From contig JBJLBP010000001.1 of NCBI GenBank assembly GCA_045568075.1, positions 1,410,001 to 1,442,000 of the forward strand: 32,000 nt of DNA, in the 5' to 3' direction. The notes beneath the pieces are model-generated. The model had not been told where the DNA came from. It made no database searches and saw only the letters and a program-made list of their open reading frames with translations. Positions 24,285-32,000 of the stretch are shown here, piece after piece. Source of the stretch: Candidatus Thalassarchaeaceae archaeon (lineage in GTDB: Archaea > Thermoplasmatota > Poseidoniia > Poseidoniales > Thalassarchaeaceae). A program made the translations under genes and the position numbers. How positions within the stretch are numbered: position 1 is the stretch's first letter; every line of letters starts with the position of its first letter.

Positions 24285-26121
24285 CTCAATCACATTCGAA
24301 GATATGTTCGAATATTCGAGGGGAATCTTCGACATAGAGGTTGCAAGCGATTGGAATTCTGCCCAAGTGACAGCAGTTGCTTGGGTTAATGGAAGCCTTG
24401 CCGACGATGTAAGAGCGAGTTTGGACACGTATGTAGCAGCGGTATATCCCAGTGGGGACGATGGATGGATCTCCACAGACGAGAGAGAGGGGGTTCGAGC
24501 AATCGCCTCTGAGTGTGTTGAACACACGCTGACACGAATGGGAATGCGCGACGGTAGTCCACACCGTGGAGGAGATGGAACCGACTGGAAGAACATCTCA
24601 TGGACTGAAAATGATGTTCTGGTTGAGGAGTGGAATTTGGTGCCTCTACGACATTCAGAAATCAGAGATTGTACAGGATTCGGAAGTAGCAGCGACTGCG
24701 TCGAGGTTCCTGTCGCTCCAGACAGCGATCGTGATTGTGACGAAGATGTCGATGCATCTGCTAACGTTGACGAATGCCGAATGATGCTTTGGCTCAATGC
24801 TACACTCACAATCTCGAATATTGATGACCCCAGTGAATTCACATTGGCTTTCAACGCCTCTAACATGTCTAATGTCGAATACCACATCAAATTCCCTGTG
24901 ACTGAGGGGCTCCGCCTCGATATGTGGGAAGAATGCGAGGGGCGAGATGTCGAGGTGGAGACTGGTGATTATGCCGGTATTGCACCGCTTCGCGGGAGTT
25001 GCGTCGGTGATGGATCGAGCACCTATGAATTAGTCGAGAATGACGATGGTAGCCTGACCTATTCCTTCTACCCTCATATGCCGCAATGGCCGTCTGGTGA
25101 GGATTTGTTCGCCGATTTCACCACGGCACCGATTCCAGTGGATAATCCTCCACAATGGACTGATGATGCTCCTGACGATGAATCATGGTTCCCACGCGCG
25201 AGCGGGGGAGCACAGGTCATAGCCAACTGGAATGATATCCAGAATTGGTTCGTCGACGAGGCCGGAACCGCCTCGCTCGAGGTCAGTTGCCGAGGCGACG
25301 AGGGGCTCATGATAACCTACGAGGATCGAGAGATTTCGATGGATGTCCCTCGTGGTGAAGCCGGCGAAGTGACTTGCGAAGGAATAGACCGATCCGGCCA
25401 GTCCTCAGGTAATAGGACATGGAGTGTCGGTGTTCCGTTCCAGATTTCTAGCTCATCTATGGATCTAGCCGACCCTCATCCAATCACACTCAGCCCTACT
25501 TCAGGGTGGCCTGCTCTGAACGTAGAGGTCGGATTCACGTCCGAGCATGATAAGGCCGGAACTTACTCTGGACCTTACTCTCTATACATGTCCGAAATCA
25601 CCGCAGATGTCGCTGCAACCAGCACCGTTCCAGGTCCAGCCTATGTTGCGATTCGAGTGACAGGAGATGGTGTTTACACTATGGAAGCAATTTATGATCT
25701 TGGAATAGAAAAGGCTAGCAGAGCCCCAGTAATGACTGTGAATAGTGAGGGATGGGACAGCGACTCATGGATGATGAGCGGACAATTCTCAGACCCCGAT
25801 GGAGAGGAGGTGACGTTTACTTTGATGATAGATGGATCATCTGTTGGAAACATCGCTGTCAATGGAAATACCTGGTCTACTCCGACTATCGACTTCTCGG
25901 TCTGGGCTGAAGGAACTCACACGGTCGAAGTGACTGGTTGTGATGTCTCAGGTATGTGCACCAGCCAACAGCGAGTGGTGGATAACTCGCACCTATTCGT
26001 CGAACCTGAGCCTGAACCAGATGCGCCAAGCGAATCATCCTCTAGATTGCCTGCGATGGGATTGCCTGGGCTGATTCTCGCAGCATCTGCCGCACTCATA
26101 TACTCGGGCCGACGCGCCTGA
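24226..26121 (+). CDS. large acidic cell-surface protein with C-terminal Pro/Glu linker, PGF-like (PGL) hydrophobic anchor and basic tail; 5' end uncertain (possible frameshift)
   Basis: 631-aa ORF whose listed start is TTG; the frame opens only at 24220, after TAG at 24217-24219. Ig-like C-terminal region. It ends EPEPEPDAPSESSSRLPAMGLPGLILAASAALIYSGRRA. No enzymatic motif recognised. Confidence 0.7.
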   Translation: MTSVGNNSVETEPTLEEQCSSITFEDMFEYSRGIFDIEVASDWNSAQVTAVAWVNGSLADDVRASLDTYVAAVYPSGDDGWISTDEREGVRAIASECVEHTLTRMGMRDGSPHRGGDGTDWKNISWTENDVLVEEWNLVPLRHSEIRDCTGFGSSSDCVEVPVAPDSDRDCDEDVDASANVDECRMMLWLNATLTISNIDDPSEFTLAFNASNMSNVEYHIKFPVTEGLRLDMWEECEGRDVEVETGDYAGIAPLRGSCVGDGSSTYELVENDDGSLTYSFYPHMPQWPSGEDLFADFTTAPIPVDNPPQWTDDAPDDESWFPRASGGAQVIANWNDIQNWFVDEAGTASLEVSCRGDEGLMITYEDREISMDVPRGEAGEVTCEGIDRSGQSSGNRTWSVGVPFQISSSSMDLADPHPITLSPTSGWPALNVEVGFTSEHDKAGTYSGPYSLYMSEITADVAATSTVPGPAYVAIRVTGDGVYTMEAIYDLGIEKASRAPVMTVNSEGWDSDSWMMSGQFSDPDGEEVTFTLMIDGSSVGNIAVNGNTWSTPTIDFSVWAEGTHTVEVTGCDVSGMCTSQQRVVDNSHLFVEPEPEPDAPSESSSRLPAMGLPGLILAASAALIYSGRRA

Positions 26122-26125
26122 GGCC

Positions 26126-27244
26126 ATGAGCTTCTCCGGTACGGTCGAGAAGGAGTCCTATGAGGGCGGCCTGATGGTCGCATTCGAGGGTCGGGCACCG
26201 CGTCTCGGTGCAACACTTCGCGTCATTGGTGGGAAGCCGATTGGGCGCGTGAATACTGTCATTGGTGCCGTCGATCGCGCTCTCATTCACATTCATCCTT
26301 TGGCAGAAGGAATCGAGGCCTCGAGCGCTGTCGGTTCTCCTGTTGAAATCGCTCCGCGCGAGCGTCGCGAGCGCTCCGACCGAGGCCGTGGTGGCTACGA
26401 CCGCCGCGACAATAGCCGAGGCCGAGATGGTGGGGGATTCCAGCGTCGTGACGGTCGAAGTAATGACCGAGGGAACAATCGAGGAGGAAATCGCGGTGGC
26501 GATTGGGATTGTCCGAAGTGCAATAACAACAATTTCTCATTCCGCGACAAATGCAACCGTTGTGAGGCTGAGCGCCCAAGCGGTGGTGGAAATTCCCGTG
26601 GCGGTGACCGCGGAGGCTACCGAGGTGGCGACAGGCGAGACAATCGTGGTGGTAACCGACGCGATAATCGCGGAGGAGACCGTGGAGGAAATCGCGGAGG
26701 GGATTGGGATTGCCCTAAGTGCAAGAACAACAACTTCGCATTCCGTAACAAGTGCAACCGTTGTGAGGCTGAGCGCCCAAGCGGTGGTGGAAATTCCCGT
26801 GGCGGTGACCGCGGAGGCTACCGAGGTGGCGACAGGCGAGACAATCGTGGCGGAGACCGACGCGATAATCGCGGAGGAGACCGTGGAGGGAATAGCGGCG
26901 GAGATTGGGATTGCCCTAAGTGCAAGAACAACAACTTCGCATTCCGTGACAAGTGCAACCGCTGTCAAGCAAATCGTCCGAGCGGAGGTGGCTCCAGTGG
27001 TGGAGGTAACCGAGGCGGCTCACGCGACGGTGGAAACCGCAGTGGGAACAACCGTGGTGGATACCGTGGACGCGACTCGGGAGGAAGTGACCGCAGAGGT
27101 CCAAAATCCTCTGATTCACGCGATGGTGGCGGCCGAGGAAGAGCTCCCGGAAGCAGCAGCCGACCGCGCCGATCTGGATTCAGAGGCACAGGTCGTGGCG
27201 GCTTCCGTGGCAACCGACCAGGCCGAGGCAGCGGTCGACGTTGA
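26126..27244 (+). CDS. Gar1-like (H/ACA RNP) core fused to an RGG/GAR-rich region with three RanBP2-type zinc fingers
   Basis: aa 1-80 follow the archaeal Gar1 pattern (G.V......GGLMV.....AP.LG..L.....KPIGRVNTVIGAV...LIHIHP......VGSPVEI). Three exact matches to W-x-C-x2-C-x3-N-x6-C-x2-C occur at aa 127, 194 and 261 (for example WDCPKCNNNNFSFRDKCNRC). The remainder is RGG/RDN-rich and ends RGGFRGNRPGRGSGRR. Confidence 0.7.
   Translation: MSFSGTVEKESYEGGLMVAFEGRAPRLGATLRVIGGKPIGRVNTVIGAVDRALIHIHPLAEGIEASSAVGSPVEIAPRERRERSDRGRGGYDRRDNSRGRDGGGFQRRDGRSNDRGNNRGGNRGGDWDCPKCNNNNFSFRDKCNRCEAERPSGGGNSRGGDRGGYRGGDRRDNRGGNRRDNRGGDRGGNRGGDWDCPKCKNNNFAFRNKCNRCEAERPSGGGNSRGGDRGGYRGGDRRDNRGGDRRDNRGGDRGGNSGGDWDCPKCKNNNFAFRDKCNRCQANRPSGGGSSGGGNRGGSRDGGNRSGNNRGGYRGRDSGGSDRRGPKSSDSRDGGGRGRAPGSSSRPRRSGFRGTGRGGFRGNRPGRGSGRR
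26475..26985 (+). repeat. 201-bp in-frame tandem repeat, about 2.5 copies (one RanBP2 finger plus RGG linker per unit)
   Basis: The marker gattgggatt recurs at 26501, 26702 and 26903, exactly 201 bp apart. By manual alignment copies 1 and 2 share a perfectly identical run at 26553-26649 and 26754-26850. Confidence 0.9.
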
Positions 27245-27291
27245 GTCAGCCTCACCCCAGCATTCATCTCGTCTTCTCGTGAGCAGTGCCT

Positions 27292-28368
27292 ATGGCGCGA
27301 AGCGCGGAGATGCTCTGGATCGACGTGCTTGAGCACGAAGAATCGGGTGAGCGCGAGGAAGCCCTCGAACTCGCCCGCCACATTACTCGACTAGACCCCG
27401 ACCATGCAGCTGCTTGGAAGATGGTCGCGCGCATGACACTCCCTCCTTCGAGGCGCGGGAAAAGCGAGATGCCAACACTGGCACAGGCTGCGAGCGCGCT
27501 CGGGGCACTACGCCAAGTCGTCAAACTCGAACCCAACGACCGAGATTCTTGGATTCTCGGTGGAATCCTCCTTGTCGATCACCTCGGAATGCTCGAAGAA
27601 GCGTTGGTCTGGTGGCAGGAGCGTCGAGCGGTTGAACCGACAGAGGTTACACCTTTGGTAGAGCAGATTGCGATTCTTGTACGATTAGGTATGTACACAC
27701 GAGCTGGAGAATTGCTTGAAATTCTCTTCAGTCCTGAGATGGAATCACCTGATAACCGTCAATTAGTGAAGATGGATCAGGTTCGAAAAATGGTCGAAAA
27801 GGCTGCGAAAATGGAGAAAGATGAGGTTTTCCGTCCACAAAATCCAGAACACCCCCGATGGGAAATTATTGAGCGTATGAAGGGTCGAAAACCGCTTTCT
27901 GAGACGTTTTTTCTGTTCACTTTCGTCGCCCCTATTGTCTTCCTAATAGGAACTGTCGCGATGCAGTTAATCGGTCAGTCGAAATATGGATTTTTGTTGG
28001 TTTTCATCATCATACTCGGTCTTTTCATGCTGGTTAGTCGAATGGGTTCTGGACTCCTCCACACACTCAATAGACACGCCTTAGACCTTGACCGAGCGCT
28101 CGACGTAGAAGCAACTGCAGGGAAGTTATGCGTGCCTGAGGACATTCGTGGTAGTAAGCTGTATGAGCACCTACTCGGGAATCGGCCTGAAGCTTTTCGA
28201 GAGCGACATCTGAAGATTGTTGAAGCGGATGAGAATCTTGTTGTAAAGTGGCGGCCGAATATGCCAAATTTTGCAGTTGAGGCTGAGTGGTGGGATAATT
28301 CTGATGATTCTGACGAAGATGATTCTGAGAGTGACGAGCCCATCGAGTTAGATGGCCTCGAGGATTAA
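27292..28368 (+). CDS. hypothetical membrane protein with TPR-like helical N-terminus, two TM helices and an acidic C-terminal tail
   Basis: The ATG at 27292 is preferred over the ORF-track GTG at 27286. The N-terminal ~190 aa are helical repeat-like (EEALELARHITRLDPDHAAAWKMVARM). Hydrophobic helices FFLFTFVAPIVFLIGTVAMQLIG and FLLVFIIILGLFMLV. C-terminal tail NSDDSDEDDSESDEP. Confidence 0.55.
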   Translation: MARSAEMLWIDVLEHEESGEREEALELARHITRLDPDHAAAWKMVARMTLPPSRRGKSEMPTLAQAASALGALRQVVKLEPNDRDSWILGGILLVDHLGMLEEALVWWQERRAVEPTEVTPLVEQIAILVRLGMYTRAGELLEILFSPEMESPDNRQLVKMDQVRKMVEKAAKMEKDEVFRPQNPEHPRWEIIERMKGRKPLSETFFLFTFVAPIVFLIGTVAMQLIGQSKYGFLLVFIIILGLFMLVSRMGSGLLHTLNRHALDLDRALDVEATAGKLCVPEDIRGSKLYEHLLGNRPEAFRERHLKIVEADENLVVKWRPNMPNFAVEAEWWDNSDDSDEDDSESDEPIELDGLED

Positions 28369-28370
28369 TC

Positions 28371-29636
28371 TCATGTGCCGGCTGAGTAATCGTTCAGATA
28401 ACTCAATTGTTCGGCTGTGAGACTATCGATGCTGACCCCTTCTGCGGCGAGTTTGAGTGCCGCTAATTCGCTGTCCTGCTCGGCACTAATGTCGTAAACG
28501 ATATTGTCGTAATCCTTGCCTTCTGCCGCTAGGCGACAAAGGGCTAGGAATTGGTTAGCGAATGACATGTCCATGACTTCACTCGGGTGACCTTCGGCGG
28601 CTGCTAGATTGACGAGGCGTCCGCGAGCAAGGAGGTGGATGGTGCGGCCACCAGAGAGTTCGAATGCCTCGTTATTCTCACGGATTGTGTAAACGCGAGA
28701 GGCGCGCTGCTCAAGATCGGGTATGTTGATTTCGCAGTCATAATGGCCCGTATTACAGATGATTGCGCCTTCCTTCATCGAATCGAAGTGACGACCAACA
28801 AGGACGTCCTTCATTCCAGTCGCAGTGCAGAATACGTCACCAATGGCTGCGGCATCATCCATTTTCATCACTCGGAATCCATCCATCACAGCCTTGAGAG
28901 CGGGAAGTGGGTCAACCTCGGTGATGACAACGTTTGCACCCATTCCACGAGCACGGTTTGCCAAGCCCCTGCCGCAGTGACCGTAACCTGCGACCACGAA
29001 TGTCTTGCCAGCTAGTAGCACGCTCGTCGCTCGAATAATTCCGTCAAGAGTCGACTGGCCAGTTCCATGGACATTGTCGAAATCCCACTTGGTCGAGGCG
29101 TCGTTAACTGCGATTACAGGGTAACGAAGCTCTCCCGCCTCGCCCATGGCTCGTAGTCGATGGACGCCAGTAGTCGTCTCCTCAGTTCCTCCAATGACTC
29201 CTTCAGCGAGTTCGGGATATTCTGCGTGTACTCGATAGATGAGATCCGCACCATCATCGAGAGTAAGGGTCGGCTTGAAATCGAGAGTGCTATCTATTGA
29301 TTGGTAGAACTCCTCGTTATTCTGTCCATACCAAGCGTAGACACTGTATCCCTCAGCAGCAAGCCAAGCAGCCACCTCATCTTGGGTCGAGAGTGGATTG
29401 CAGCCAGACCAAGAGACCTCAGCACCTGCTGCTTCGATGGTCTCGATCAGAACCGCCGTCTCCTTGGTAACGTGTAGACAACCAGCCACTCGTTGGCCGG
29501 CGAGTGGCTGATCTTTCTCCGCCTGGGCGCGCAATGCAGCGAGAGCGGGCATTCTGCTTCGCGCCCATGCGACCTTCAGACCTCCAGACTCTGCAAGTGA
29601 AAGGTCTGCCACAGTATAGCGCTCACCAGCGTCCAT
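28371..29636 (-). CDS. ahcY: adenosylhomocysteinase (S-adenosyl-L-homocysteine hydrolase)
   Basis: LHVTKETAVLIETI, DDGADL, TEETTTGV, NAD-binding VAGYGHCGRGLANRARGMGANVVITEVDP, GHYDCEI, NLAAAEGHPSEVMDMSFANQ. ATG at 29634-29636 (the ORF-track start at 29642 is GTG). Confidence 0.95.
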   Translation of the reverse strand: MDAGERYTVADLSLAESGGLKVAWARSRMPALAALRAQAEKDQPLAGQRVAGCLHVTKETAVLIETIEAAGAEVSWSGCNPLSTQDEVAAWLAAEGYSVYAWYGQNNEEFYQSIDSTLDFKPTLTLDDGADLIYRVHAEYPELAEGVIGGTEETTTGVHRLRAMGEAGELRYPVIAVNDASTKWDFDNVHGTGQSTLDGIIRATSVLLAGKTFVVAGYGHCGRGLANRARGMGANVVITEVDPLPALKAVMDGFRVMKMDDAAAIGDVFCTATGMKDVLVGRHFDSMKEGAIICNTGHYDCEINIPDLEQRASRVYTIRENNEAFELSGGRTIHLLARGRLVNLAAAEGHPSEVMDMSFANQFLALCRLAAEGKDYDNIVYDISAEQDSELAALKLAAEGVSIDSLTAEQLSYLNDYSAGT

Positions 29637-29676
29637 GTTCACCGGCGGTCACCGCCGGGTCTTCAAGGTGCGGCTT

Positions 29677-29699
29677 AGCAACCCCCTTTTGGGGCTGCT
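29677..29699 (-). terminator. stem-loop AGCAACCCC-CTTTT-GGGGCTGCT downstream of the giant surface-protein gene
   Basis: 8 of 9 positions pair. It lies 23 nt after the stop at 29722-29724 on the minus strand. A second 7-bp perfect hairpin (CCGGCGG-TCA-CCGCCGG, 29642-29658) sits just upstream of the ahcY ATG. Confidence 0.3.
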
Positions 29700-29721
29700 C
29701 AATTTTGCATTCACCTATCGC

Positions 29722-32000
29722 TTAATTGCCGCCGCCTTGGCCTTGCTGGGCGTAATAGGCTGCGTAGTATTGCTCGGCATACTGTCGAGCAGTCGCTTCA
29801 TCGTAGCCTTGTCCAACCATCTGTTGAACATAGGCTTCTACTGGATCCATCTGTTCGACGCCGCCGAATTGCTCGACAGTGTCTCCGGCATCCTCACCCT
29901 TTCCGCGACCGCGTAGAACCAGAGTCACACCGACAATTGCAAGAATCGCGATGACTCCAATCGCTGCGAACATAATCATCTGCGTGTTACCGCTTTCCTC
30001 AGTACAACCGTCCGCACTTGGATTCAGTACGCATGGATCGCTCGGACGTGGTAGCAAGTCGATGGAGAACGAATTATCGATAGTGTATCGGGAACCATCA
30101 CCCTCGACAATTCTCCAGTAAACCGTGACCTGTACACCTGTGGTCTCCGAGTAGAGATCCGCGATGTTCAGTGTCAGAGTGAATGAGTCACCATCACCGA
30201 GTGCTGTGGCTCCTGTCGAATTGTACTTTCCAAGAGCCTTCTGAGTCGCCTTTGGTGAAGGAGTCAAATCAAGCGTAGTCTCTACGAGAGCGACTTCGAT
30301 CTTCACACCATTCTCGGCTCCGGAGTTGACGACGCCGTTGATTGTGACGAGATCTTCCTTCTGAGAATCAGTGGAGCGCGGTGATGTAATCTCAACCATT
30401 GGTGGGTCATCACCGAAGTCCTCGCCGACGATGATGAAGTACATCCTCGCCTTCTCGGATTGCTTACCGGCTCTGTCGTAAACGATGAGCTCAAGTCGAA
30501 TCTGATTCTCTAGAGTGCCGTCGCTGGTCATGTTGCGGAAGACGTAATTCCACATATCTCCGCCTGCTGCATCAGGCACCTGATACTCATGACCCTCAAG
30601 TGTTGGACTTGAGGAATCGACAGGATAGTCGAAGAAGACTCGATACTCGAACATCTCGATTCCTCGCTCACCTTCGGGCGCGTCAGCATCGCTGCTGGCC
30701 GATGAATCGAATGAGAGACTGATGTCTCCACTATCGGTTAGCCTTACGCGATAAATTGGCCAATCGACTCCACCGACAGTCTTGGTTCCGTCCTGAGTCA
30801 AGTATTCATCCGTGATATCATTCTCGACTAATTGCAAGTCCGCAGTAGGTCTGAATTCATCAGCCAGAGTGTCGTCGGTTACCAGATTGATGTACGTGAT
30901 TCGAGTGTGACCCTCATCATCGTGGAGATATAGAGTTAGGAGCCACTCGGCACCGATTCTACATCCAGTGTTGGAACTGCTGTCTCCGACACAGAAGCTT
31001 CCCAGTGTTGGGATACTTGGGCTAGTCTGGCGGATGTGACTAATCTCACCATAATCGATGAGCTCGCCCTGCCATCCAGTGACGGTCTCATTCATGTCAG
31101 TAGCTTCGAGAGTCCAATCCGCCGTGATACTCGGTCCAATTGATGCATCAGCGGTCAGGAAGGAGAAGTCAAGGTCTGAATTCGACTTGATGTACATCGT
31201 TGCGTAGGCACCGGTCACAGTGTCGATCGAAGGTGCCTCCTCGTTGATAGTCAAATCAAATCCATCACCAGCGATACCGAAGCTCGTTGGATATGGAGTG
31301 ACGTGGTAACTCAACATATTGGAGAGCAGAGGCATCGAGGTTCCGCCTAATGGCTGTGAGAAGCTCGGGTTCTCAACATCGAGAGTGGTGACAATCATTC
31401 CACCTGCTCCGCGGTTACAGATTGAGAGGAGAGACTGAGTATCGAATGACTCGCTTCGCATCAACGTGTGGAAAGTGCCCATTGGGTCACTTATTCGACC
31501 ACCACACACCTGTGGGATTTGGTCGAACTGCACCTGTGCGGTATCTAATCCAGCGAGTGCTACGTAAGAGCCGCCGTGCACACCTGCAAAGGCGGCTACG
31601 TTGACATTCTCGAGCAATGGATGGTAAGCATCGACGACGACGAGGTCCTCGTTGGTCACCGTGTTATTCCATTGATTCCTCATTGCAATATCCATACCGA
31701 ATGGTAGTCTATTGGGTTGGTACTCGTTGCGGTAAGGGCCGAGGTGAATCTGTAAAGTTCCACCGTTCACCATGTAAGCCTCTAGGACTTCGGTGACCGA
31801 AAGACCGTCCGAATCACGAGTTGCAGAGAGTGTCTCGTAATACTCTCCATAGACCACGTTGTAGTCCGTTTGCCAAGGCATGAGGATCTTATCATAGTGG
31901 TCAAGCCAGTTCTCGGTAGCATAGCGCTCCCAGTCATCAATCATCAATTGGGTGTAAGACATACCCATTGATTCGAGGTCCTGCTTTACGCGTTGTAGGC
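29722..32000 (-). CDS. giant cell-surface protein, 5'-truncated by the window edge, with single C-terminal TM helix and a 63-aa Q/Y/A-rich cytoplasmic tail
   Basis: The reading frame stays open from 31968 to the window edge (...LQRVKQDLES-MGMSYTQ by hand translation), and there is no signal peptide at the listed Met. The extracellular part is long and beta-rich. TM helix MIMFAAIGVIAILAIVGVTLVL. Tail ends YDEATARQYAEQYYAAYYAQQGQGGGN. Confidence 0.7.
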   Translation of the reverse strand, partial: LQRVKQDLESMGMSYTQLMIDDWERYATENWLDHYDKILMPWQTDYNVVYGEYYETLSATRDSDGLSVTEVLEAYMVNGGTLQIHLGPYRNEYQPNRLPFGMDIAMRNQWNNTVTNEDLVVVDAYHPLLENVNVAAFAGVHGGSYVALAGLDTAQVQFDQIPQVCGGRISDPMGTFHTLMRSESFDTQSLLSICNRGAGGMIVTTLDVENPSFSQPLGGTSMPLLSNMLSYHVTPYPTSFGIAGDGFDLTINEEAPSIDTVTGAYATMYIKSNSDLDFSFLTADASIGPSITADWTLEATDMNETVTGWQGELIDYGEISHIRQTSPSIPTLGSFCVGDSSSNTGCRIGAEWLLTLYLHDDEGHTRITYINLVTDDTLADEFRPTADLQLVENDITDEYLTQDGTKTVGGVDWPIYRVRLTDSGDISLSFDSSASSDADAPEGERGIEMFEYRVFFDYPVDSSSPTLEGHEYQVPDAAGGDMWNYVFRNMTSDGTLENQIRLELIVYDRAGKQSEKARMYFIIVGEDFGDDPPMVEITSPRSTDSQKEDLVTINGVVNSGAENGVKIEVALVETTLDLTPSPKATQKALGKYNSTGATALGDGDSFTLTLNIADLYSETTGVQVTVYWRIVEGDGSRYTIDNSFSIDLLPRPSDPCVLNPSADGCTEESGNTQMIMFAAIGVIAILAIVGVTLVLRGRGKGEDAGDTVEQFGGVEQMDPVEAYVQQMVGQGYDEATARQYAEQYYAAYYAQQGQGGGN

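Noticed and set aside
24216-24890. 224-aa minus-strand ORF antisense to the start of the 24226-26121 surface-protein gene
   Set aside because: The Ser/Leu-rich product looks non-coding and fully overlaps a much longer ORF on the other strand that has a sensible domain layout.
26475-26985. Possibility that the regular 201-bp repeats are a CRISPR-like array
   Set aside because: The period is far too long, the units are contiguous with no unique spacers and lie in frame inside a coding sequence, and there are no cas genes in the window.
26262-27332. 356-aa plus-strand ORF overlapping the Gar1/RGG gene in another frame (ATEVATGETIV... repeats)
   Set aside because: It is a frame-shadow of the GC-rich 201-bp repeat. 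Its product is a monotonous A/T/V/E repeat with no start context, whereas the 26126 frame yields exact zinc-finger consensus matches.
26537-27381. Two minus-strand ORFs (143 aa and 138 aa) antisense to the RGG repeat region
   Set aside because: These are antisense shadows of the low-complexity repeat (stop-poor because of its composition). Their products are repetitive (SAVTATGISTTAW, PPRLPPPLEPPP) and lack any gene context.

Overview
The window is about 93% coding and reads as a marine planktonic euryarchaeon, most likely Marine Group II / Poseidoniales; this assignment is inferred and no database search was possible. Support for it: an archaeal-type shikimate operon (ADH synthase, DHQ synthase II, GHMP-type shikimate kinase, chorismate synthase), a Gar1-like protein, a PGF-CTERM sorting signal, very acidic surface proteins and a proteorhodopsin-family gene. 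I call 27 protein-coding features (26 genes if the two pieces at 24123-26121 belong to one frameshifted gene), two of them cut by the window edges, plus one tRNA-Leu(UAG). I saw no rRNA, CRISPR array, transposase or integrase. The other genes are a MoxR/DUF58(vWA)/membrane-protein operon, an acyltransferase-3 protein, exonuclease III, a MacB/FtsX-type ABC exporter with a large accessory membrane protein, an 811-aa EF-hand-rich acidic lipoprotein, an M28 peptidase, bacterial-type gpsA, a PhnC/PhnE-type ABC importer, adenosylhomocysteinase and two more giant surface proteins. Two findings stand out. (1) The binding protein of the 'phosphonate' ABC importer is, by direct reading, a single-lobe transferrin-family protein. 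It retains all four transferrin Fe(III) ligands and most of the carbonate site. (2) A Gar1-like core is fused to a eukaryote-style RGG/GAR region containing three RanBP2-type zinc fingers, encoded by a young 201-bp tandem repeat. Lesser points are a rhodopsin with a D-T-K helix-C triad and Met at the tuning position, a surface protein with both a lipobox and PGF-CTERM, a probable frameshift separating a signal peptide from its protein, and low-GC patches. Several ORF-track starts are TTG or GTG; where a nearby ATG fits the family N-terminus or the upstream stop codon better, I moved the start.
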